DNA of 64,000 nucleotides from a virus. Within the stretch, counting starts at the first letter, position 1. Each line of letters opens with the position of its first letter. This document shows positions 37,217-46,720 of this stretch, piece by piece. The DNA lies in the IMG/VR virus record IMGVR_UViG_3300028844_005216, positions 20,269-84,268 of that record; one strand, given 5' to 3'. The notes under the pieces were generated by a model. It saw nothing but the letters and a program-made list of their open reading frames with translations, was not told the DNA's origin and made no database searches. The position numbers and the translations under genes are program-made.

Positions 37217-39789
37217 TTAAAAAACCTCTCTAGTGTATTAGATTTTTCAGATTTCCATCCTATGCAATCCAACAACACTTTAACTGGGTCAAGAAATGCC
37301 TTGACAAATTGTATATCATAATCGACATATTGCTGCAAACCAAACTCGTTGGGCAAATTATTCTGAATTGAAATCACAGACTCGCCGCAAGGATTGGGTT
37401 TTTTCAGATACAAAAACTTAATTTTATCACCATTTCCAATAAGCTGATACGCCAAATTCAAATCATGACTTTTAATTAGCCGATTGTAAATAATAGACCC
37501 CTTCACATGAATCGGAGTACCCTTTATGTATGCGTCATTATCTTCATACTTATTGATACCATTCACTCCACGCGGAAAGGCAATGTCCTCAACTGGAAGT
37601 GAATAAAACTCAGACTTGAATGACTCAATAAACCTTTGGGCATCCTCCTCTTTACCGTTCATGATGATATCCAAAGCATCCTTAATCTTCTGCCTACAAA
37701 CTTCTGGAGTAGAAGACTTGACTGCCTCAAGACCCATAACCTTTAATTTGGGTTCACTATAACTTACCCCCTCGTTATTATAGACACTAAGAACATATCG
37801 TTTCTTGGCTGTCCACAAACCCTTGGATGCAATGGCTTCTCGTTTCATCACCATCTTCTGATCATATGCATTCATATAATCGGCAAGCTCATCATAGCAC
37901 TCATCAATATAAGGCTCTAGCTTTTCCGAACAAACCTTGTCAAGAAAATCCACCACCTTTTCTGTTTTAACTTCTCCAACTCCAGCTCCAAAAGCCAAAC
38001 TAACAAGTGAATCAAGAGTAAGATATATGCTGTCGGTATCAGAAGCCACCACAAAATCTTCATCGGTCGTCCCCAAGAGAGTATTCAAATATTTATTAAT
38101 TTTACTCTCTATCCAACGAATTGAAAGCTGACCGGCTTTGGTCACAGCTTCCGCGATACGAAGATCATAGAATCTAAAGTATTGATTTCCCAAGGCACCA
38201 TACGCACTATTCAACTGAACCTTACGGGCAAGCTGATCGTTATTATGCTCAGAAATCAAATTCAGATAATATTGCTTTTCCTTTCCAGTTGAATTTTCTG
38301 CCAACTTCTGACATTCGATCATCTTCCTCTTTGATGTTGATCTACTATTATATAGATCCTCTAGAATCTCAGGAAGAAACCCACGAGAGTCTCGCTTAAA
38401 AAACATAATGTTTGGAGTCACCGTAAGATCATCCCGCTTTAAAAGTGAAGTGTCGAACTCCTTTTCAATAATTTTATCATAACTGCTAATGGTGTCCCAA
38501 GGACCACGTTTCAATGAAGCGACAAGATCATCATTTGCCATATCCTCTGGAACCAATTTCTCTGGGCTAAGATTATATTGCATCATCAAATGAGGGTAAA
38601 GTGAATTTAGATCAAAAGACACCACCCAGTTATGGGCTCCAACTTGAGGCTCCTTAACATAGGCACCCTCAAACTGAACAGTCTTTGTTGAATCTTTTCG
38701 CGAAGGGAACACCCTTTTGGTTTTATTGAGATGATGATAACAAAGATTCTCCCACATTCTCACTTGAGAGAACACATCATCATAATTGACTTTTGCAGAA
38801 TAGGACAAAGCAACTGCCAATTCAATCAGCTTCATCTTATCCTCTAAACGAGCAACAAGCTCAACATCCTTCACATTATATTCAATAAACTTATGATAAT
38901 CCTTCTTATATAATGTATGCAAGCTGCCAAACTCGGAATAAGAAAGTTTTTTCTCTCCCAACTCAACGTTCGCAATATAGTCTAAACGATAACTCTCTCG
39001 ATTAACATATGTAAACTTTTTATAAAGCTCAAGGTAATCAAGAACACAAACCCCAGTCAAGAAGATATTAGTTTGGTCTTTACCATAAACACCCCTGAAT
39101 GTTCTGGTGGTAGAATATTTCCAAGGAGAAAGCATTCGCGCCTTCTTCTCATCCCACAACCGAGTGAGACGATTGTAAAGATATGGAATATCAAAACCAT
39201 TTACGTTCCACCCAGTGATAATATCAGGAGAATACTCATTCCAAGTATGAAGGAAACTTTCCAAAAGATCACGCTCGTCATGACAGGAAACATAGATAAT
39301 GTCTCTAGCCGAGAGAGTTTCTTTGATTGGACACCCTTCAGGTTCCCCAAATCCGAATACATAAAACGCATCATTGAACTTAACTGAAATTGAAATAACA
39401 GGTTTTGCTGCGGATTCTGGGAAAGGGAACCCATCATCCGACTCGACCTCAATATCAATATTAGCAATCATAATCTTTTTGAAATCGTATTCAATCTTTT
39501 CAGGATATGTGTCGCCAACGAAAGTAGTATCAAACCGATCATAGCCGTAATAAGAAAAGTTAGATACGTCTTTGTATCCTTCAATAAAATTTCGAGCTTC
39601 AGCCATAGTATCAAAGTTTATAGGTGAAACGGGTATACCATCAATGGTAGTGTACTCCGTAATTTCCTTTGAAGGAGTAAATAGTGTTGGACTGTATCGA
39701 ACCTTCTTAGAGAATCGTTCTCCTAGATCATCCACGCCACGAAGGAAAATATGATTTCCAACAGCTCTTACGTTTGTATAAAATGCCAT
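37213..39789 (-). CDS. gp43: Family B DNA polymerase (T4 gp43)
   Basis: DIEV, GWNV.GFDIPY, YNVKDV, SFDLNSLYP, KVQLNSAYG, SDTDS, AKKRY, KSSTP. Confidence 0.98.
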   Translation of the reverse strand: MAFYTNVRAVGNHIFLRGVDDLGERFSKKVRYSPTLFTPSKEITEYTTIDGIPVSPINFDTMAEARNFIEGYKDVSNFSYYGYDRFDTTFVGDTYPEKIEYDFKKIMIANIDIEVESDDGFPFPESAAKPVISISVKFNDAFYVFGFGEPEGCPIKETLSARDIIYVSCHDERDLLESFLHTWNEYSPDIITGWNVNGFDIPYLYNRLTRLWDEKKARMLSPWKYSTTRTFRGVYGKDQTNIFLTGVCVLDYLELYKKFTYVNRESYRLDYIANVELGEKKLSYSEFGSLHTLYKKDYHKFIEYNVKDVELVARLEDKMKLIELAVALSYSAKVNYDDVFSQVRMWENLCYHHLNKTKRVFPSRKDSTKTVQFEGAYVKEPQVGAHNWVVSFDLNSLYPHLMMQYNLSPEKLVPEDMANDDLVASLKRGPWDTISSYDKIIEKEFDTSLLKRDDLTVTPNIMFFKRDSRGFLPEILEDLYNSRSTSKRKMIECQKLAENSTGKEKQYYLNLISEHNNDQLARKVQLNSAYGALGNQYFRFYDLRIAEAVTKAGQLSIRWIESKINKYLNTLLGTTDEDFVVASDTDSIYLTLDSLVSLAFGAGVGEVKTEKVVDFLDKVCSEKLEPYIDECYDELADYMNAYDQKMVMKREAIASKGLWTAKKRYVLSVYNNEGVSYSEPKLKVMGLEAVKSSTPEVCRQKIKDALDIIMNGKEEDAQRFIESFKSEFYSLPVEDIAFPRGVNGINKYEDNDAYIKGTPIHVKGSIIYNRLIKSHDLNLAYQLIGNGDKIKFLYLKKPNPCGESVISIQNNLPNEFGLQQYVDYDIQFVKAFLDPVKVLLDCIGWKSEKSNTLERFFK

Positions 39790-39798
39790 AATATAATC

Positions 39799-40398
39799 CT
39801 ATAATTTTTCGATTTCATCTCCCAATTTACGAGTGCGAACAATTAAATCATTCACACCTTCTTCGATACCCATCAATTCCTCAAACAATTTAATAAATTC
39901 TTTTTTGGATTCAACAATTCCAGCATTGAGTTTAACAACTTCATCAGCATAAGCATACAAAGAAGATGTCCTCTGCATCACCCCCAAATCAGTTAGATTT
40001 AGAATTTCATTGTAATCAAAGACAGGGCATTCCTTATCAGAAACTTCACAATGACCGTGGAAAGTTACATCAGCAATTTTATCATCAATTTGTTCACACA
40101 AATCTTTTAACGACTCAAACTGTTCTTGAGTAAAGTCGTCTACCGCAAGACCCGAAAGACAAATTGCAATCGTTCCTGTATTGTGACCTCTCTGTGCTGC
40201 TGGAGTAATTTCAACATCCCTTCCTCGATGAACCGTTCCGTCAAAAGTGATGTAATAGGTATAACCAATGTCACTCCAACCATTATTGAGGTGCCAGCCA
40301 CGAATCACTCCAACATCGTCATGCGCTTTTAAACTTGACGCAGAGCAGTGAATAAAAACACGATCAACTTCCCTAACGGGCTTATTAAAAATAAACAT
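39799..40398 (-). CDS. N-acetylmuramoyl-L-alanine amidase (T7 lysozyme-like) with C-terminal coiled coil
   Basis: VFIHCSA, WH...GWSDIGY, GR, GHN, HGHCEV..KECP.FD. Confidence 0.9.
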   Translation of the reverse strand: MFIFNKPVREVDRVFIHCSASSLKAHDDVGVIRGWHLNNGWSDIGYTYYITFDGTVHRGRDVEITPAAQRGHNTGTIAICLSGLAVDDFTQEQFESLKDLCEQIDDKIADVTFHGHCEVSDKECPVFDYNEILNLTDLGVMQRTSSLYAYADEVVKLNAGIVESKKEFIKLFEELMGIEEGVNDLIVRTRKLGDEIEKL

Positions 40399-40415
40399 AA
40401 AATATCTCCTAGCAT

Positions 40416-40443
40416 AAAAAAGGGGGGAGCAAAAGCTCCCCCC
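40416..40443 (-). terminator. Rho-independent terminator
   Basis: GGGGGGAGC-TTTT-GCTCCCCCC-TTTTTT after hsp20. Confidence 0.88.
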
Positions 40444-40497
40444 AATGAACGGACGTTCTACCCGTTCAATACATGTGGACCTTCCACAAAATCATCA

Positions 40498-40947
40498 TCA
40501 GTTCCCATTATTGATTTTAATCGTGATGGGCTTTGCCTCTTCGGGGATCTCGTTCTTCAACGAAATTACGAGAAGACCATTCGTAAACTCGGCTCCAATA
40601 ACCTTAACTGTGGGACTAAGTGTCCACGCACGTTTGAAATTTCGTGCTGCAATTCCTTGATGAACATACACAGCAGAATCGGCACTATGATCCTTCTCGG
40701 ATTCGACGGTAAGAACATCTTCCTTCACCGCAACCTTAATTTCGCTTTCTGTAAATCCAGCAAGGGCAATCTCAATAGCAAAGCTATCGGAATTATCATT
40801 CCTTACAATATTGTAAGGCGGGTACGATGGAGATTGCGCTGTCGCTGCGCCTGTCGAAACAATCCGATCAAAAATTTGATCAAACCCTACAAGAAACGGA
40901 TCGTTCCTAAGTTCGTTAAAAATATTAGTTGGTACTAGTCTAGTCAT
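40498..40947 (-). CDS. Small heat-shock protein (Hsp20/IbpA-like)
   Basis: GFDQIFD, YPPYNI, IEIALAGF, HQGIAARNF, A.F.NGLL.I.L...IPE. Confidence 0.95.
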   Translation of the reverse strand: MTRLVPTNIFNELRNDPFLVGFDQIFDRIVSTGAATAQSPSYPPYNIVRNDNSDSFAIEIALAGFTESEIKVAVKEDVLTVESEKDHSADSAVYVHQGIAARNFKRAWTLSPTVKVIGAEFTNGLLVISLKNEIPEEAKPITIKINNGN

Positions 40948-41018
40948 TCTATGTTCTCCTTAATTAAGCAAGTTATATTTAAATTAAACAAACCCAATTT
41001 GGCATTTGTTCAACCCTA

Positions 41019-41047
41019 AAGATAAGCACGGAATCCTTATCTGTCAA
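41019..41047 (-). promoter_or_regulatory. Sigma70-type promoter with overlapping inverted repeat
   Basis: TTGACA-17 nt-TATCTT; AGATAAG-N9-CTTATCT inverted repeat inside. Confidence 0.55.
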
Positions 41048-41049
41048 CC

Positions 41050-41637
41050 CTAATCTTCAAGTTTTTTCAACTCTTCTCGAATTTCTTTCGCGTAAAGCGA
41101 AATAGCCCACTTTCCGTTATATGTCATGGGCTTTGAAACCTCTTCGTATGATTCAAAAGCAAACTTTCTCCCCTTTACGCGAGAGAAGAATTCACCCTTG
41201 GCATCACCAAAGACAGGTTTACCAACAACTACCTTTTGACTATAATCAGGAAAAGCGTCGTCTCGTTTTGATGTTCCGTAAAGGTATCCCTTCTTTTCAA
41301 ACGGAACACTCAATATACTGTCTTGATCATAAAGGCGACCCAGCTTAATCAAATCACGTTCAAGCTGACCACCATCATCGCCGTCGATCTTGTAGTTTGC
41401 GACGAAAAAGGATTCTTCGCCTACCTCTCTCTGGGTTGGCTTTTGAAAGTTTTCCCAATAACTACCCTTCACCTTAATGACCGAGTAGCCAGCATTCATT
41501 AAATACGCGAGAACCTTTTTGTTATTTGACTTATTTTCTGCCTTGGTTTTGTCACCCCGAAAAGCAGTGACCGCACCAACAGCATGGTTCTTCGTTTTTT
41601 GATAAATTCTATTAAGACTAGCTTCTAAAAGTTCCAA
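41050..41637 (-). CDS. Conserved phage hypothetical protein
   Basis: EASLNRI, TAFRG, V.G.Y.E, E.SFFV, LG..Y.QDSIL; AAGGAG RBS before TTG. Confidence 0.7.
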   Translation of the reverse strand: MELLEASLNRIYQKTKNHAVGAVTAFRGDKTKAENKSNNKKVLAYLMNAGYSVIKVKGSYWENFQKPTQREVGEESFFVANYKIDGDDGGQLERDLIKLGRLYDQDSILSVPFEKKGYLYGTSKRDDAFPDYSQKVVVGKPVFGDAKGEFFSRVKGRKFAFESYEEVSKPMTYNGKWAISLYAKEIREELKKLED

Positions 41638-41647
41638 GACGAACTCC

Positions 41648-42082
41648 TTATTTTGTTTTATTGCCTATATTGTACTTAGCAACCAAGTCCCAATTATTCT
41701 TGTCTTTGTGTGCGATAATTTTAATCTGTCCAAGAGGGACTATTGGTTCGGCACTTTTTTGTGGAGTTACCAAACTCAACAGCCCCCACTCAGCCAAGAG
41801 ATTCACTATTGTGTTTCTTCTTCCAATATCATTTTCACTAAAATTAGAAACTTTGCCATCCAAAGCGAAAAGCTCTTTGAAGTGAACGATATAATATCTT
41901 CCACGTTTATGTAGAATGTGACATGATTGAAATAGGGTTTGGTCCTTGCGGCTCGCAATCCCAATTCTAGTAAGGGTTTCTCTTATTTTCAAAAAATCCT
42001 CATCATCATTCAATTCAATTTCAACTAACGTGTCTAAATCAACTGGAACATTTTGCGAATCACATTTTTGATCTCTTTCCAT
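41648..42082 (-). CDS. regA: Translational repressor RegA
   Basis: DFLKIRETLTRIGIASRK, LFQSCHILHKRGRYYIVHFKELFALDG, RRNTI..LL.EWGL. Confidence 0.97.
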   Translation of the reverse strand: MERDQKCDSQNVPVDLDTLVEIELNDDEDFLKIRETLTRIGIASRKDQTLFQSCHILHKRGRYYIVHFKELFALDGKVSNFSENDIGRRNTIVNLLAEWGLLSLVTPQKSAEPIVPLGQIKIIAHKDKNNWDLVAKYNIGNKTK

Positions 42083-42464
42083 TCTTAATCCCACCTCTCT
42101 GCAACCTTTGGTGAATAAGAGATAGTTGATTGTCAGTCAAGATACTAAGTACCTCGCGTGCCTTCATTTCACTACAAGAATAATACTCCTTGATAACATC
42201 AATGTCATCATCCTGATCAGGCTTCAACCATCTCGAAAACCGTTTCTTTTTCCTAACACTATTTAGGTAATAGTCATTCTGAAGACGGGTTTCGATGTGG
42301 GGTCGAAGGTTCATTTCGTTTGCATAAAGAACAGTATCCTGAAAATAAGACAATGAACGATTTATCACGAATGGAGGATACTCATTTTCACTTAATGGAT
42401 CATCTTCCATCAAATTTTTCTTGCTAAGGTTAATAGCAGTTAGAAAATCCCCAAGTTTAGCCAT
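42060..42464 (-). CDS. gp62: Clamp loader small subunit
   Basis: FLTAIN..K, YPPFVINRSLSYF.D...ANEMN, RKKKRFSRW, IKEYY..S..KA. Confidence 0.93.
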   Translation of the reverse strand: MAKLGDFLTAINLSKKNLMEDDPLSENEYPPFVINRSLSYFQDTVLYANEMNLRPHIETRLQNDYYLNSVRKKKRFSRWLKPDQDDDIDVIKEYYSCSEMKAREVLSILTDNQLSLIHQRLQRGGIKNGKRSKM

Positions 42465-42685
42465 TAATCGTCATCCTCGTCATCATCTGTCTTGAAAAAT
42501 AAAAGACCCTCTCCACCATAACCAGAAGACAGGAACTTGTCTATAAAAAACTCAGCACCCTTTTCCTCAGAAAAAGGACCGAACACTTTAACAGCGGTTT
42601 CCAGATCTTCCTCAACAGGCTCAAAGTCTACAATAAAAAAACCGGAAGGTCTTTTCACAATCGAATAATATTCTTCCATTATCAC
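42464..42685 (-). CDS. Hypothetical acidic protein
   Basis: Coupled ORF inserted between genes 44 and 62. Confidence 0.6.
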   Translation of the reverse strand: MIMEEYYSIVKRPSGFFIVDFEPVEEDLETAVKVFGPFSEEKGAEFFIDKFLSSGYGGEGLLFFKTDDDEDDD

Positions 42686-43632
42686 TTATACTCCAATTCT
42701 ACCATCAGTTCAGTTAAACAAGCAACCATATTCAATTCCGCATCAGCCACAAAAGCAGCCTTATACTGATAATCAGCCAAGGTTAAAACTGCCTTCGGAA
42801 CACTTTGAGGTTTCACGGAACCAAACAATCCATCATAGATAAGACGGAAAATACGAGATGGATCAGAATCCAAATTTTGGACAACCCACTTTCTCATATC
42901 CTTCCAATTCTTTTCCTTTAGAAGTAGCATCAAATCCTTGATAGACTTGTCACTAATGTTTGTAAGAATACCAGCATCAATCTCACCTGAAACAGAATAC
43001 CGCTGAAGCTCATTCAGAATTCTTCTGAAGTCAGGAAAATGCTTCATGATAAGTTCAACAAGAACCTTCTCACTATACTTAACATTCTCCTTTTCCAGAA
43101 TCTCAATGGTCCTCTTCAGGAATTGAAGTGCCAGTTTTGGACTATCTTGTTTACCAAATCGAAAATCAATTACACTGCACCGACTATGAATCGGTTCAAT
43201 GATTCGATTCTTGAAATTGCAAGTAAGAATAAATCCACAGTTCTGAGAAAACTCTTCAATAAACCCACGGAGAGCAGGTTGAGTTGAAGACGGGTTTAGA
43301 TAATCAGCCTCGTCGAGAATGACAATCTTTCGCTTTCCGCTGTTGGTAAAAGAAACACCAGAAGCGAAGTTGCGAATGTCATTGCGAAGAGTGTCAATGT
43401 TTCCACTTTCACTCCCATTGATGATGATATAATCAACACCAAGTTCTTGGCATAACGCTCTTGCTACAGTAGTCTTTCCCGTTCCAGCGGAACCCGAAAA
43501 CAGCAGGTTTGGGATATCCCCATTGGAAAGAAAGTCCTTAAAGGTATCCTTCAAAGATTTAGGGAGGATGCAATCATCAATCGTTTGGGGTCGATACTTC
43601 TGACACCAAACAAAATCATCACGAACGTTCAT
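42682..43632 (-). CDS. gp44: Clamp loader large subunit
   Basis: W.QKYRP..I..CILP, GSAGTGKTT, ILDEADYL, QPALRGFIEEF, PIHSRC, FPDFRR. Confidence 0.97.
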   Translation of the reverse strand: MNVRDDFVWCQKYRPQTIDDCILPKSLKDTFKDFLSNGDIPNLLFSGSAGTGKTTVARALCQELGVDYIIINGSESGNIDTLRNDIRNFASGVSFTNSGKRKIVILDEADYLNPSSTQPALRGFIEEFSQNCGFILTCNFKNRIIEPIHSRCSVIDFRFGKQDSPKLALQFLKRTIEILEKENVKYSEKVLVELIMKHFPDFRRILNELQRYSVSGEIDAGILTNISDKSIKDLMLLLKEKNWKDMRKWVVQNLDSDPSRIFRLIYDGLFGSVKPQSVPKAVLTLADYQYKAAFVADAELNMVACLTELMVELEYK

Positions 43633-43643
43633 AATACATTCCC

Positions 43644-44339
43644 TTATTCAGACACCACAGAATAGTTTATTTGTGGTGCGATGAAGTATTCCAAATCAAG
43701 ATTCTTATTAAAGAAGTGACACACTCCAGTACGATAAAGACTTACTACATAATCACCCGGAAAAAGTTTTACAGTATCGACATTCAGCGTCGTGTAAAAA
43801 TCAGAATCTCCAGCAATCTCAACATCAGCAATTTTCACATCGAAACCATTGAGAGTCTTTTTGGATTTGTCTGCCACCGAAGCAACGATGCTACCGTTCT
43901 TCATATTAAAACAAACATGTGGAAGATTGAGAACACCAGCAGACTTCTTAATCGTCTTGATGTTATCATTCGTCAAGATAAACTTGAAGTCTGGGTCATC
44001 AGGAAGAGAAATTGTTCCTCCGGGAACGCAACTTTGCAAAAGGATTGGATCAGAATATTCAAGACGAATCTTTCGATTTGAATCAGAAGACTCGACGAAA
44101 ATAAACTTATCATCAAACTCAAAAACCGGACTATCTTCTAGAAGAGATGTTGCGCTCAAGAACTCAGTCAAGTCATAAAGCCCAAACTTCTTAGGAAAGG
44201 TTTCATCCACCACCGCATGAGCCATGATGGTTTGGTCTTCAGAAATAGTCTTCAAGCCAGAACCACTATCCACAACAATCGAGTTTTGGATGGAAGCAAA
44301 ATTACTAAGAATAGAAAGAGTGTCTTCACTAATCTTCAT
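43644..44339 (-). CDS. gp45: Sliding clamp
   Basis: MKISEDTLSILSNFASI..SI, FGLYDL.EFL, PGDY.V, YFIA; synteny with gp44. Confidence 0.92.
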   Translation of the reverse strand: MKISEDTLSILSNFASIQNSIVVDSGSGLKTISEDQTIMAHAVVDETFPKKFGLYDLTEFLSATSLLEDSPVFEFDDKFIFVESSDSNRKIRLEYSDPILLQSCVPGGTISLPDDPDFKFILTNDNIKTIKKSAGVLNLPHVCFNMKNGSIVASVADKSKKTLNGFDVKIADVEIAGDSDFYTTLNVDTVKLFPGDYVVSLYRTGVCHFFNKNLDLEYFIAPQINYSVVSE

Positions 44340-44619
44340 TATCAAATTCTCCATTATTTTTTTCACTAAAATGCATCATCAAAAGCGTGTAATGGATTGC
44401 CTTGAGCAAATCCATTTTGTTCTTCCCATTTTTTCTACCATATCGTGCAATGTATTTCATCGCATTTCCTTGGCAAAACTTTTCTGCCACACCAATTGAA
44501 TCCAACAAATCCTGAATCTGAATTCCATCCTCGTCTTTTCCAACATAGTGTGAAGAATATGTCTTCGCAATATAATCCTTCACTTCATCCAGATTATCCA
44601 GTTCACTATATTTCCACAT
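44329..44619 (-). CDS. DUF3310-like protein
   Basis: YI..TY..HY, FCQGNAMKYIARYGRK.G....DLLKAIHY. Confidence 0.8.
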   Translation of the reverse strand: MWKYSELDNLDEVKDYIAKTYSSHYVGKDEDGIQIQDLLDSIGVAEKFCQGNAMKYIARYGRKNGKNKMDLLKAIHYTLLMMHFSEKNNGEFDNED

Positions 44620-45644
44620 TATGAATTACTCTTTTTCTTCGCCTTTCTTTTTTTACGACGCTCTTCGGCTTCCTTGCGACGACGTTCTGCACGGGTCGCG
44701 AGTTGCTCTTCACTCACCTTTGGAAATGGGATTGCGGGCTGTGGAGGTTCAATCTGGGGAGCCTTAATTTCAAACGGTTTACCAGATCCAGCCATCTTCG
44801 CAACAGGCTTATCTACGACACCACCATGCGATGCGTTAGGAAGTTGTGCGATTGCAGGAAGGTTTCCCGCAAAGACATAAGAACCGATATGCTGTAGTTG
44901 CATCCACGGACACATCCAAACCTTGAAGCCAATCTTTCGCGACCACTGACAGAACATGTAGTCCTCTGAAAGATAACGCTTAGACTGAGGATCAATGATT
45001 GTATCGAAGAATGCTGTGATCTCACGCGACCCATCGAAGTGTTCCGAACGATTGTGATCAGGAAGATAACTAGCAATTTCTTTATACTCTTCGGCATACT
45101 TTTCAAACACATGTCGTTGAATACACATAAACCCAGTGCCACCTTCAAGCACCTCTACAGGTTCGCCAATTGCCATCTTTTGTGCGCCACCAACAGGGTT
45201 GAATACAAAGTCTCCAACATACTGCTCAAGTGAAGCAGGATTGCCATCTGGCGGAATACCATATTCAACAGCAGCCGCAATGCGTTCCCATGCAATACAC
45301 TTCTTGGGATACGGACCACAGACAATATCCTTATCGGAATCCTCGTCTGCAAGTGCTACCATCGCCAAAACATCGTGCGGGTTAAAACCAATATCACTAT
45401 CCAAAAAAACCAGATGAGAAAATCCTGATCTAATAAACTCGTCACAAATATAATTCCGTGCCCGTGTAATCAAACTCTCATTAAACAAATAAAAGAATCG
45501 AAGCTCGATTCCCATGTTGGCACACATCGCAGAAAGGTCATTACAAGACTTTGCATACATACCATGACACTGCCCACCATACATCGGAGTGCCGATAAAA
45601 ATTTTCTTCTTTCGCATCTCCTCCATAGTCACTTCTAACTTCAC
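44619..45644 (-). CDS. GT-A fold glycosyltransferase-like protein
   Basis: IGTPMYGG, NESLITRARN, FLDSDIGF, GPYPKK, GTGFMCI, YLSEDYMFC, H.G.Y. Confidence 0.75.
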   Translation of the reverse strand: MKLEVTMEEMRKKKIFIGTPMYGGQCHGMYAKSCNDLSAMCANMGIELRFFYLFNESLITRARNYICDEFIRSGFSHLVFLDSDIGFNPHDVLAMVALADEDSDKDIVCGPYPKKCIAWERIAAAVEYGIPPDGNPASLEQYVGDFVFNPVGGAQKMAIGEPVEVLEGGTGFMCIQRHVFEKYAEEYKEIASYLPDHNRSEHFDGSREITAFFDTIIDPQSKRYLSEDYMFCQWSRKIGFKVWMCPWMQLQHIGSYVFAGNLPAIAQLPNASHGGVVDKPVAKMAGSGKPFEIKAPQIEPPQPAIPFPKVSEEQLATRAERRRKEAEERRKKRKAKKKSNS

Positions 45645-45673
45645 ATCAATACCTCCAAAAAATAGTCATTATT

Positions 45674-46207
45674 TTATTGTCCAGTTGAACCAAACCCACC
45701 TACCCTATCGGTGGTTCTGGAAGGAGCTTCATCAATTTCACGAATCCAATAATTAGATAACGTAACAAGCTCCCCTTGAGCAATCCTATCATTATGTATA
45801 ATCCGTTTGGGAACCAAAGAAAAATTAATCATAGAAATAAAAATTTGTTCTTTGTAGTCCGCATCCACAATACCCTCTTGATTACCCAACGCAACACCAC
45901 TCTTAAACGAAAGACCCGAACGTGGATGAATTCTAATGGAATACCCACTTGGAATATCGGCAATCAATCCTGTCGGAATTAATGCTCTGTGATTTGGTCT
46001 GAGAATGAAGCTATTATTGGTATCAGTAGAAGACAGCATAGGATCTACTTCATAGGGTTCATTCTGTTCACTTCGACAACTCACCATCGCAACACCTCGA
46101 AAGTTAGCATGAAAATCAAAACATGCTGAATCGGGGGTTGCCATTTTCGGGAGAGTTACATAATCATTCATACGATAAAACTTCAAAATATCAATTCCCA
46201 AAATCAT
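45674..46207 (-). CDS. dut: dUTPase
   Basis: ACFD, LIPTGL, PRSGL, GIVDADY, DRIAQ, RVGGFGSTG. Confidence 0.96.
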   Translation of the reverse strand: MILGIDILKFYRMNDYVTLPKMATPDSACFDFHANFRGVAMVSCRSEQNEPYEVDPMLSSTDTNNSFILRPNHRALIPTGLIADIPSGYSIRIHPRSGLSFKSGVALGNQEGIVDADYKEQIFISMINFSLVPKRIIHNDRIAQGELVTLSNYWIREIDEAPSRTTDRVGGFGSTGQ

Positions 46208-46494
46208 TCTCCATAATCTTCACAATCTTCTTGCAACTTCTCCCACGCTGCCGTCCAAAGAGTTTCTCCGGCTTCTCTCATGGGAGCAGGAAGGCATCTC
46301 TTATCATACGCCTCCCGGTGATCAATAATAGAATCAAACTTTTCATGCACAATATATTGTGCGCGTGATGGACTGCATCGAATGTGCCGCGCTGATGCGA
46401 GAAAAATGGTTGATGGTCTTTTGTATACAAGAGACTCCAAAATGGTAGCATCTTCTTTATGACTCACAATCTCTCCGCACATATCACAATTCAT
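46204..46494 (-). CDS. Hypothetical protein (N-terminal CxxC)
   Basis: MNCDMCG; coupled to dut. Confidence 0.55.
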   Translation of the reverse strand: MNCDMCGEIVSHKEDATILESLVYKRPSTIFLASARHIRCSPSRAQYIVHEKFDSIIDHREAYDKRCLPAPMREAGETLWTAAWEKLQEDCEDYGE

Positions 46495-46495
46495 T

Positions 46496-46687
46496 TTAAT
46501 TAAACCTCTTTGCAAAGTCAATAACAAATCCAATATTGGCAATTGCATATGCACCAAAGGTGATTGCCATCCCCACTTCATTCTGTCGTAAATAGGCAAT
46601 CATCTGCCCAGCATACAAAAGACCCGTTAGAACGAGTGGGGCTGGAGAGTCTGTTAAAAACTTAACCAACCATTCAATAATAATCAT
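46496..46687 (-). CDS. Small membrane protein
   Basis: Two hydrophobic segments; GGAGG RBS. Confidence 0.6.
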   Translation of the reverse strand: MIIIEWLVKFLTDSPAPLVLTGLLYAGQMIAYLRQNEVGMAITFGAYAIANIGFVIDFAKRFN

Positions 46688-46720
46688 AATAAAATTCCTC
46701 CCGTTCTAACGGGTTATTCA

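Noticed and set aside
22993-39789. Introns or inteins in nrdJ, gp41, uvsX, gp43
   Set aside because: ORFs are uninterrupted and of normal length, with no intein splice motifs seen
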